Assembly: GCA_951406725.2 (NCBI GenBank)
Contig: OX597826.1
Span: 35,774,001 to 35,838,000, forward strand
Origin: Octopus vulgaris
Lineage: Eukaryota
Length of the DNA: 64,000 nt
Reading direction: 5' to 3'
The notes under the pieces were generated by a model. That model had not been told where the DNA came from and did not search any database. It saw only the letters and a list, made by a program, of their open reading frames with translations. Shown piece after piece: positions 53,541-64,000 of the stretch; positions within the stretch are counted from its first letter, which is position 1, and each line of letters starts with the position of its first letter. The position numbers and the translations under genes were made by a program.

Positions 53541-54447
53541 CTCTAAAATGTTTCTTGTTTAAAATTTGATTTGACTTTTTAAAAAAAATTTGGTAAGTAA
53601 AAGTGGTAACAAAAGGAAAAACAAAATCATTAAAAGATGTTTATGACAAATGAATGGCGACATAATTAATTGAACGCTTTTCCTCTCCTTCAATGTCTTA
53701 TTTGTGAATAGAATAAGTCTGAAATTTTTGATACCAGTTAATTACAAGATAAAGGAATTTGAGTGAATGTGAACATACCAAGATCCTCGAACAATGATAA
53801 AAAAAGAAATTCACAATATCTTCATTTATAAAGTATTTTTACGAACTCATGAACCGAATTTTAAAAGATTTTGTATCAAAGAAGCAAATTTGATGAGCAG
53901 CTGAAATCTGAATCTTGCAAATTAAGACTTAATTCTCATGTAGAATTTTCTGAACTGAGAAATGTTGTAAGTCATTTGCACTGGTTTTGAGGGGTTTACA
54001 TATCAGGAAAATCTGCTCATTTGCAAAGATACTAAAATACATCTTGATACACTTTTATCTTTGCCTAAACAAAACCTATCTATTGTATGGAATAGTAATT
54101 ATCTTTATGGTTCCAAATGTATATTTTAAGGACCAATGGTAGGTAACCAAAATCTGTTCAACTATTTCTTATTTTCTTTGAAGTCTGATAATCACCTGCA
54201 AGTCAATATACTTGACACATTTACAAGGTTAGCTCCAGGGGAACATTTCATAGATAAGGTGAATTATGTTACCATTCTTTCACTCACATTCATTCAATCC
54301 ATTCTTTAAAAAAATCTCCTATTTCTCAAAGATCTAGCAATGTGTAACATGTTTCAACCAGCAATTCAAAGTGGAATGATTTTTATTGAAGAATGTCTTG
54401 TAACTGCGAACCTACCACCACCACCATCACGACCAATTTATCCAATA

Positions 54448-54660
54448 CCTATTTCTTTACTACCCACAAGGGGCTAAACACAGAAGGGACAAACAAGGAC
54501 AGACAAACGGATTAAGTCGATTATATCGACCCCAGTGCGTAACTGGTACTTATTTAATCGACCCCGAAAGGATGAAAGGCAAAGTCAACCTCTGCGGAAT
54601 TTGAACTCAGAATGTAATGGCAGACGAAATACCGCTAAGCATTTCGCCCAGCATGCTAAT
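54448..54660 (-). mobile_element. tRNA-derived SINE, family B
   Basis: Near-identical to 43591-43817. Confidence 0.9.
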
Positions 54661-55477
54661 GTGTCTCTCTCATATATGAACACCATCAACATTTTGGCAA
54701 TTTCTTGAACCAAAAGTTACCTTTTAGTAGATGTGAACAGCTGCATATTTCGCCTCAAGTTCTTGGTTTCATTTTAAACCAAACTTAAGAATTAAAGCTA
54801 CAACATTACGAGAATTCACCAATATAAGCATTCAAGATTCAGAACTTTAATATTCATTTCAGATCTTCTAACCATAACATAAAGTAAATTTGTTTTGGTA
54901 ACCTAACATTGAAAATATCACTATATTAATTAAAACTTGCTATTTCATTTTTAATGTTTGTTTAACAGGATAAGGTTAAAGTAGTAACAATAAAATGTTT
55001 CTTAATGGTTCTGTTTACCATTCTGATTTGATTTAATGAAGAGGGTTAATAATATATTAACAATAATCAGATTCCTTCAACAGAGTCCATTTACGAGCAA
55101 AATGATAACGATGCTCAAATATTTATGTTAATGAGTTTCATATATTTAAAAAGAAAACTAGAATGGCAAGATAATTAATTAGCAACTGACAGAAATGGAA
55201 ATCATTTATGGTTGTCATTCAATGTGGTTATAGCAATTTGTTTATTTCAAAATGTATTGGATCTCGGAAGTATTCCGAGTATTGTGTTGTGTATCAATCT
55301 TATATTCCCAAGCATTTGTAACAAGTGAAGGCAGTGTAGTTTAGTGTGCCAAAGCAATGGATCTTTGAAATGGAGTTTGACAACTTGCAAGTATTTAGAG
55401 CAGGGGCGACCTGCAGCGTATGATACTTTTGGCATAGGTTTAATCCAGCACAAGTGTACATGCACATACATGTTGAA

Positions 55478-55974
55478 GTCAGCCTGTAATGACATGCATA
55501 AGATCTGGTCATCAAATATAAGTAGAGACTTCAAACTTGAAATCTTCAAAGCCACAGTCGAGCCAATTCTACTATATGGCTCAGAAACCTGGACATTATC
55601 AAAGAAGTTTGAGAGGCGGTTGGATGGAACCTACACTCGCCTCCTTATGAGAGCTCAAAATCTCTCGTGTAAGCGTCATCCAACCAAAATGCAAATATAT
55701 GGGAAACTACCACCTGTGTCATCTCTTCTGAAAGGTAGAAGAGTCCAGATTGCTGGACATTGTTGTAAAGCTGAAAACGAGGCAATTTCTACTCTTCTCC
55801 TCTGGAAGCCATCTACTCGCAATACCAGAGGGCACACACTCTCCTACCCTGATGTAATCTCCAGGGATACAGGCATCCAGCAACAGGACCTTCGTAATGC
55901 TATAATGGACTGCGAAGTCTGGTGTAGCATGGTAAATTCCATTGTCTCGACCACGGTCGAACAATGATGATGAT
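55478..55974 (+). mobile_element. RTE-clade LINE 3' end (family 2)
   Basis: SACNDMHKIWSS...PILLYGSETW...VSTTVEQ* running straight into (TGA)n. Confidence 0.92.
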
Positions 55975-56540
55975 TGGGGTGCGACCATACTGGGTCACTG
56001 CCTTGAGATGTTTTAGTTAAACAAATCATCCCCAAAGTTTATTTTCCTTTTATATAGCTAGTACTTAATATTCTATCAGTCTTGTTTACCAAACTGTTAA
56101 GTTACAGGGATGTAAAAAAAAACAAAACTAGTTTTCAAGTATTAATGGTGAAAGACACAGACACACAGACACACACACATAATGTGCTTCTATGCTGATT
56201 CCAGTTATCAAATTCACTCACATGGTATTGGTCAGCCTTTAACCATAGCAGAAGATGCCTGCAAGAATCAATTTGTCATGTGACGAACTCAAACCCACAG
56301 TGGTTGCAAAACCAGCTTCTTAACGACAGAGCCATGCCTTTGATAGAATAAACAAAGCCACTGGCCAGAGTGGGTCATGAAATCACATCATATGCATTAT
56401 CCACATGACACACTAACCAATTGAGCTATGTATTCGTGTGTGTGTGTGTGTCTGTCTGTCTGCATGTGTGCATGCATGTATGCATATATGCACATGTATA
56501 CATACATATATACATACACACACACACACACACATATATA

Positions 56541-56900
56541 TAGGTGCAGGCGTGGCTGTGTGATTCCAGGTTCAGTCCCACTGTGTGGCACCTTGGGCAA
56601 GTATCTTCTACTATAGCCTCAGTCTGACCAAAGCCTTGTGAGTGAATTTGGTAGACAGAAACTGGAAGAAGATCATCATATATATATATATATATATATA
56701 TGTATGTTTTTGTCCTCCCCACCCCCAAGCATTGCTTGACAAATGATGCCAGTGTGTTTACATCCCCGTAACTTAGTGATTCAGCAAAGATACTGATAGA
56801 GTAAGTACTAGGCTTTACAAAGAATAAGTCCTGGGGTTGATTTGCTCAACTAAAGGTGGTGCTCCAGCATGGCCACAGTCAAGACAAATAAAAGAATATA
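56541..56900 (+). mobile_element. tRNA-derived SINE, family A
   Basis: Same head, core and tail as 28972-29375. Confidence 0.88.
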
Positions 56901-56914
56901 TATATATATATATG

Positions 56915-58644
56915 TTGCCCCTGGGAGCTCCTCTATGCTGACGACCTCGCTCTAATTGCTGAGTCACTATCAGAACTGGAGGAGAAGTTCCAGGTGTGGA
57001 AGGAGGGTTTAGAATCGAGGGGCCTTAGAGTCAACCTAGCTAAAACCAAAGTACTAATAAGTAGAAAGGTAAACAATCCACAAATATCCTCAGGAAGATG
57101 GCCCTGCTCGATCTGTAGAAAAGGTGTAGGTAGAAACTCTATAAGATGTACCCAGTGTAAGCTATGGACACATAAGAGGTGCAGCAATGTCAAAGGTAGG
57201 CTAACTATGAAGATAGTTTTTGTATGTGACAGATGCTCGGGAGCATTAACCTCTGAAAATCTGCAGAAAACAACTTCTGTTACTTTCCAGGGGGAAAAAC
57301 TAGAAGTAGTTGATAGCTTCCGTTATCTAGGTGACCAAGTCAGTAGTGGGGGTGGGTGCGCTGAAAGTGTAACTGCTAGAATAAGAATAGCCTGGGCAAA
57401 GTTTAGGGAGCTCTTACCTCTGCTGGTGACTAAAGGCCTCTCGCTCAGAGTAAAAGGCAGACTGTATGATGCATGTGTATGAACAGCCATGCTACATGGC
57501 AGTGAAACATGGGCCGTGACTGCTGAGGACATGTGTAAGCTCGTGAGGAATGAAGCCAGTATGCTCCGATGGATGTGTAATGTCAGTGTACTTACTCGAC
57601 AGAGCGTTAGTACCTTGAGAGAAATGTTGTACCTAAGAAGCATCAGTTATGGTGTGCAAGAGAGACGATTGCGCTGGTATGGTCATGTGGCGAGAATGGA
57701 TGAAGATAGGTGTGTGAGAAAGTGCCAATCCCTAGCAGTTGAGGGAACCCATGGAAGAGGTAGACCCAGGAAAACCTGGGATGAGGTGGTGAAGCACGAC
57801 CTTTGAACGTAAGGTCTCACCATGGAAATGACTAGAGACCGAGACCTATGGAAGTATGCTGTGCGTGAGAAGACCCAGCAAGACTAGTGAAGCCATAACC
57901 CGTGGCCCCTACCTGGGACGTAGTCAGTCCACCTGTGCATACCTTCCTTCTTGTGACACTTGTGAAGACCTGTTGAGGCAAGTGAAATCAAAATCAAAAT
58001 CAAAATCAAAATCAAAATCAAAATCAAATCAAATCAAATCAAACCAAATCAAAATAGATGAACATCAATGGAATTTGTACCCTTGTGGTACCAGTGCCGG
58101 TAGCACATAAGAAAACCATCCGAACGTGACCGTAGCCAGTACCGCATCGACTGGCCTCCGTGCTGAGGGCACGTAACAAACACCATCCGAGCGTGGCCGT
58201 TCGCCAGCCTCGTCTGGCACCTATGTCGGTGGCACATAAGAAAACACCATCCGAGCATGGCCGTCTGCCAGCCTTGTCTGGCACCTGTGTCGGTGGCACA
58301 TAAAAAACACCATCCGAGCATGGCCGTCTGCCGGCCTCGTCTGGCACCTGTGTCGGTGACACATAAAAACACCATCCGAGCGTGGCCGTCTGCCAGCCTC
58401 ATCTGGCACCTGTGTCAGTGGCACATAAAATCACCATCCGAGCGTGGCCGTCTGCCAGCCTCATCTGGCACCTGTGTCGGTGGCACATAAAATCACCCAC
58501 TACACTCTCGGAGTGGTTGGCGTTAGGAAGGGCATCCAGCTGTAGAAACACTGCCAGATCTGACTGGCCTGGTGCAGCCTTCGAGCTTGCCAGACCCCAG
58601 TTGAACCGTCCAACCCATGCTAGCATGGAAAGCGGACGTTAAAC

Positions 58645-58680
<36 letters not shown>
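56915..58680 (+). mobile_element. 5'-truncated RTE LINE (family 1): RT from YADD to stop at 57887, long 3' UTR, (GAT)n tail
   Basis: PWELLYADDLALIAES...GLRVNLAKTK...FRYLG...MLHGSETW...RRLRWYGHVARM...GRGRPRKTW; in-frame stops at 57480 and 57804; flanked by TA repeats. Confidence 0.95.
58105..58497 (+). repeat. about 61-bp tandem repeat in the RTE 3' UTR, about 6 copies
   Basis: Unit CACCATCCGAGCGTGGCCGTCTGCCAGCCTCGTCTGGCACCTGTGTCGGTGGCACATAAAAA. Confidence 0.92.
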
Positions 58681-58781
58681 ATATAAATTTATAAATAAGG
58701 ATAATATCGATATTTAAATATCGATATTATCAAGTGGCCAGCATGGGAATAAATACCATACAAAGGTAATGATTTTTTTGC

Positions 58782-59090
58782 AACTATAACTAAAGGTATC
58801 TGAGAGACACCACCGTGCCAAAATAGCAGTCAAAACTCTGACTCCTCAAACCACCTAAAATGTTTATATCGCACCATGAGAGAAGACAGAGAGACAAAAT
58901 AAACTAGCAAAAAAATATTACCGGATAATTCCCAGGATCTTGAATTATCCAGTAATATCTTTTTGCTAGTTTATTTTGTCTCTCTGTCTTCTCTCATGGT
59001 GCGATATGAATGGTTTAGGTGGTTTGAGGAGTCAGGATTTTGACTGCTATTTCGGCATGGTGGGTGTCTCTCAGATACCCTTATTTATAG

Positions 59091-59092
<2 letters not shown>
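58782..59092. repeat. about 310-bp imperfect palindrome (fold-back element)
   Basis: Arms of about 150 bp; 10-nt loop CCAGGATCTT at 58932-58941. Confidence 0.9.
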
Positions 59093-59124
<32 letters not shown>

Positions 59125-60593
59125 TTACACATAGATGCAATTATGGAGAAATATTGAAAACACTACACATATGATATCTACTTCAAATTTCCAAAGATGA
59201 GAACCTATGATTTCTCCATTAGCACTAATAACAATACGGTGCTTCCAAATCTCATCCCTATCTTGGATTGTTCTAAGCTATTATTTGGAAAGACATTCCT
59301 CACCAGATAAATCAATGTTGATAATATATATTGATTTATCTTCAAACTTTGAGCAGCGATAAACATTCTCATGCATGCATAAACATGTACATTAGCTATA
59401 ATAATATTACAGAGGGCTTTATAAAAGTTAATTATATTGATACGCGGTCAGCTTTCTGAAATAAATGTTAATACAGCCAACCTTGTCATTCATACGGCAA
59501 TGTGAGAACGACTTATCAACAATATTGATGCGGGAAAATACCTTCTGGGAGTGTTCTACATTCTAAATGTTCTTGAAGTGTGTCATGAGTGTGTTGGACC
59601 TTTTGTCAAATGCTACATTGGCAGCTGTTGAGTTAATGAATGAAAATGTATTTCGCAGGGTGTATGCGGAAGTAATTAATACTAACAGCAATAACTGCAC
59701 TTTGGGGAGAGATGCAAACCCTGCATCCTGTCAAGAGGAGTTACTTATGAGTTATTGTGCAATTGTTTATTGTGTTATGTCCAAGAACCTGGAGATGTCT
59801 GCAGAAATGTCCTTGGCAAGAGTCGAGATGGATTTCGCTCAACCACCTTCAAAACTCTGCCTGGCAAGGGGTGAGATGTGTGAATGAATTGGTTGGTCTC
59901 AACACTCTGCGAAAACTTGGTGCCAAAAGCAAGTTTATAAAGAGGAAATTCTAGAAAACTGAATCATGCAATGGCTTCATGTTGATTGGTTACTTAACAG
60001 ACCAATCACATGAAACTGTTGTGGCTTGTGCATGATATCTGATGCATATCCAGAGATTTGGTTTCGAATCCCCACTGCGAGTATTTAGATTAAATTTTAC
60101 AATAGGGCACAAATGTGTGGTGAAGAATCTTGATTTGCATCTCAGTGCATTTGGTCTCAGTCACTTCAAGCAGGAAGAAGAGGGTTCAAGCCCAGCACTA
60201 ATGCCTTTCATCTTTAATTTTCTATTTGTTTCAGTTATTAGACTGTGGCCATGTTGGGGCACTGCCTTGAAAGAGTTCAATCACACAAAGTGACTCCAGT
60301 ACTTATATTTTTTAAATCAGGTACTAATTCTGTTTTCTCTTTTTGCTGAACCTCTAAGTTGCATGGATGCAGACCAAGAAACACTGGTCGTCAAGTGGTC
60401 TTGTGTGTGTGTGTGTGTGTGTGTGTAAATAGGTGCAGGCATAGCTGTGTGATAAGAAGCTTGCTTCCCAACCACATGGTTCAGGGTTCAGTCCTACAGC
60501 ATGGCACCTTGGGCAAGTGTCTTCTACTATATAGCCACTGGCCAACCAAAGCCTTGTGAGTGGATTTGGTAGACAGAATCTGAAAGCAACCTG

Positions 60594-60668
<75 letters not shown>

Positions 60669-60929
60669 CATAGATATATACATATATATATATATACAAT
60701 ATATACACACACACATGTATATACGTATATATATGAGTGTGTGTGTATGCATTTCTATTTCCCAAATCTACTCACAAGGTTTTGCTTTGCTTGGGGCTAG
60801 AAGACACTTGCCCCAGGTGCCATGCAAAGAGACTGAACACTGCACCACATATTTAGAAAGCAAGCTTCTTACCACACAAACAAGCCTGCATCTTGTGAAT
60901 TTGGTGACTGGAAACTGAAAGAAGCGATT

Positions 60930-61246
60930 CCTGTGCCCGTGACACATTAGAAGCACAATCTGAACGTGGAAGATGCCAGCGCCACCTGACTGGCGTCCAT
61001 GTCAGTGACACGTAAAAGCACCAACCAATTATGGCCGTTTGCCAGCCTCTTCTGGCTCCTGTGCCGGTGGCATGTAAAAAGCACCCACTACACTCATGGA
61101 GTGGTTGGCGTTAGGAAGGGTATCCAGCTGTAGAAATACTGCAAGATCAGACTGGAGCCTGGTGCAGCCTCCTGGCTTCCCAGACCCTGGTTGAACCGTC
61201 CAACCCATGCTAGCATGAAAAACGGACGTTAAATGATGATGATGAT
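60930..61246 (+). mobile_element. RTE 3' UTR-derived repeat
   Basis: GTGCCGGTGGCATGTAAAAAGCACCCACTACAC...GGACGTTAAATGATGATGAT. Confidence 0.88.
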
Positions 61247-61257
61247 ATATATATGTA

Positions 61258-61654
61258 CTAGCAGTATCGCCCGGCATTGCTCGGGCTTGTAAGGGAAATA
61301 ACTATAAAGCATTTTTAGAGAGTTATAGCCAAAAAATAGCAAAAAATGCATTAAAAATGGAAAGAAAATTATGGTAAATTTTTTTTTAAAACGTTGACTC
61401 ATCGTAGACATTTTTAGAGAGTTACTTCCCTTATATAATAGCGAAAAAAATGCATTAAAATGGAAAAAAATGATGGTAAATTATTTTTAAAATCGTAGAC
61501 TCATCGTAGATGCGCGCTAATACCCAGAAGGGCTCGATATGAATCACGACTATAAGATACCCGGTTTTGGTTAAACTGCACCGCAAAATGTGTGAGTAGT
61601 TAGGAATCTAAATCGTAGGAGACAGACACACAACCTTACTTTTATATATAAAGA
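61258..61654 (-). mobile_element. non-autonomous Helitron
   Basis: Minus strand A|TCTTTATATATAAAAG ... hairpin CCCGAGC-AAT-GCCGGG, then CGATACTGCTAG|T: TC start, CTAG end, AT target. Internal direct repeat of about 100 bp. Confidence 0.88.
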
Positions 61655-61892
61655 TGTATGTGTGTGTGAATCCTTGTTTCAGTGTTTGTCCCCATCACTG
61701 CTTGATAACTGGTGTTGGTGTGTTTACATCCCTGTAACTTAGCAGTTCAACAAATCAGACTGACAAAGTAAGTACTGGGTTAATCCATTTGCCAAAAAAA
61801 TTCTTCAAGGCAGAGCCCCGGCATGGCCTCGGTCTAATAACTGAAACAAGTGAAAAGATACAATAATGTAAAAAGATCAAAAGAATATATGG

Positions 61893-61923
<31 letters not shown>

Positions 61924-61924
61924 G

Positions 61925-61978
<54 letters not shown>

Positions 61979-63189
61979 GTGTGTGTGTGTGTGCATGGAC
62001 GATTGTTTGTGACTGTGTATTTTAGTCTCTTTCTCGTGCAGCTTGCACTGATTATAAACAAATGTCACAAGAAATTTATGCATTTCATATTCCTCATTAT
62101 AAATTCTAATAGCCGTTTTCCAAACAGCCTCCTTTAACCTTCATTCAGCTTCACTTTCGTACAAAAATAATGACTTTTCAGTTAGAATATTTTAAAGAAT
62201 GAATTGTATACAAAATTAGAACCACGTCAACCAAATGACGACATTTTGCTTCATAGGAAATTATGCTAAGATCTACTACTGTCTTTGAAAAAAACGAAAA
62301 TGAAAGAAAAATCTGCATATATTAATTGTCTATTAAATGACAATAATATACCACTTAGGTTTATATTTGTTTTCAAAATGTCCACAATATTTCATTGAAT
62401 AAATCCTGCTTCAGCAAAATGGAAACATGGCAAATTTTTTTAAAGAGATTCAAAACTAAATGTTTGGATTTTGTCAGAAGTTGGTAATGGGAAGATAAAG
62501 AATAATTTGCTAGGAATTCTAAAGAAATGACCCAATGATATAATAATTCATTGCCATTTAAGATCCTGCTTTCTCTTTTTATCCACAATTTTACTGTAAC
62601 AGAGAAAATTTATGGCTATTCTTTAATTACTTTGGAATTTTAACTAACGATTTAGAATTTTAATGTAGCTATCAGCAGTGTAGAGTGAATAAATTACAAT
62701 ATGATAGCAGGAGGTAGTTTCAAGACTGAAAATATAATGTGAGTTTCTAAAACTGTTAATCCTGGCAGCTTCCACCACCACTAAAAACTAAGAAAATTAA
62801 ATAAATAAAAATATAAATTAAATAAATAACTATTAAAAAAAATTCATTTATTTGTAGATCCACTTTTCCATACTACCATGGGTTGTATGCAAATATTGTT
62901 AAGGTATTTTTTACAGCCTGATGCCCTGCCTGTTATTAACCTTTAACTGTTTCTCAACTAAAACATATCTTATTCTACACATCTTTCCAAATGTGAATCG
63001 AGTGCACTAATTTTTGACAGAAGAAACAATAACAACAACAACATTCATAGGTCATCACATTTGAAGGCTGCAAATACAAGCAAACATTCAAACCTACGCA
63101 TATGAATTCATATATATAAATATGTGTGTGTGTGTGTATCTATCTATTTATCTATCTGTCTATCTATCTATCTGACTGCCTATTCTGCA

Positions 63190-63246
<57 letters not shown>

Positions 63247-63487
63247 CTGCCTGTTTATCTGTCTATCTATCTGTCTATCACTCTGCCTGTCTCTCTGTCT
63301 GTCTACCTCTCTAACTATCTATCTGTCTATCTATCTGTCTGTCTATCTATCTGTCTGTCTGTCTGCCTATCTATTTATCTGTCTGTCTGTCTGTCTGACT
63401 ATCTATCTATCTGTCTGTCTATTTATCTGTTTATCCATCCATCCATTCATCCATCCATCATTCCATATATATATATATATATATATA

Positions 63488-63640
63488 TAGTGAGAATTTA
63501 CAAAAAAACAAAAAACAAAAGATGGGTGTGTAAACAACAAACAGATGTATTAGTTTAGCACTCAACAGAAAGGAACACAGAAATAAACAGGGAGAGAAGC
63601 TAGAAAAGGTTTAGTGGCTAGCAATCTATCATGGTGACAA
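63488..63640 (-). mobile_element. short repeat of the 22305-22488 family with the hammerhead segment deleted
   Basis: TAGTGAGAATTTACAAAAAAAC...GTAAACAACAAACAGATGTATTAGTTT, then joins directly to CAACAGAAAGGAACAC. Confidence 0.7.
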
Positions 63641-63739
63641 TAGGAAAACACAGAAAGTACAAAAAAGTTTAGAAAAGTTTAAAAGGTTCAAACGTTATGG
63701 TATATTGGAGCAATTTCTCATCAAAGGAAGAGTCCAGTG

Positions 63740-63945
63740 TAATCCATAGGTAGTAGAGGTGCAGCCAAAATATAGGAGTCCTACATCTAGAGTATTTGAG
63801 TAGTCCTAAGCAGTGCTGTTTTCTGCAAGTGCTCCACCCTTATTTGTTTCATGTACTTCTCAAGATTTTTACTCACTGTTCCCAGGGCTCCAACAGTTAT
63901 TGGTACTACTACCACCTTTTTCAGTGACCACAACTGCTTAATCAT
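63740..63945 (-). mobile_element. R4/Dong-clade LINE 3' remnant
   Basis: IKQLWSLKKVVVVPITVGALGTVS...LEKYMKQIRVEHLQKTALL. Confidence 0.8.
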
Positions 63946-64000
63946 CATTATTATTATTGCCTTTGCACAGCTTCTAACACTGAAGATGTACTACGAGTGA

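Noticed and set aside
58105-58497. CRISPR-like array
   Set aside because: The units are contiguous with no unique spacers and lie in an RTE 3' UTR in eukaryotic DNA. The same lack of spacers applies to 38871-39101.
58796-58840. Hammerhead in the palindrome arm (CTGAGAGA...GAAATAGCAGTC)
   Set aside because: Core spacing is wrong and stems I and III do not pair in either arm.

Overview
Very AT-rich, microsatellite-saturated animal DNA. Its SINE and LINE families resemble those I recall from octopus genomes; this is inferred from motifs, not from a search. There is no intact protein-coding gene, and nearly all supplied ORFs are simple-repeat artefacts or retrotransposon remnants. The window is a patchwork of RTE, R4/Dong and Penelope remnants, three tRNA-headed SINE families, Tc1/mariner, hAT, piggyBac-type and Helitron elements, one tRNA-like pseudogene and one 5S rRNA copy. 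The main points of interest are: (1) a set of minimal type-I hammerhead ribozyme motifs with palindromic stem III. Four cluster at 17.08-17.76 kb beside a Penelope RT fragment, one of them with a compensatory U3-A8 core, and others sit in short elements abutting (TA)n. (2) A 5S rRNA fused to an RTE 3' tail (SINE3-like architecture) with a fold-back duplication. (3) Recurrent inverted duplications centred on self-complementary microsatellites. (4) A tandemly repeated H-type pseudoknot motif in an RTE 3' UTR whose ORF also carries a PHD-like finger. (5) A tentative chain of plus-strand 3' micro-exons in TE-depleted sequence. Boundaries of decayed elements are approximate.
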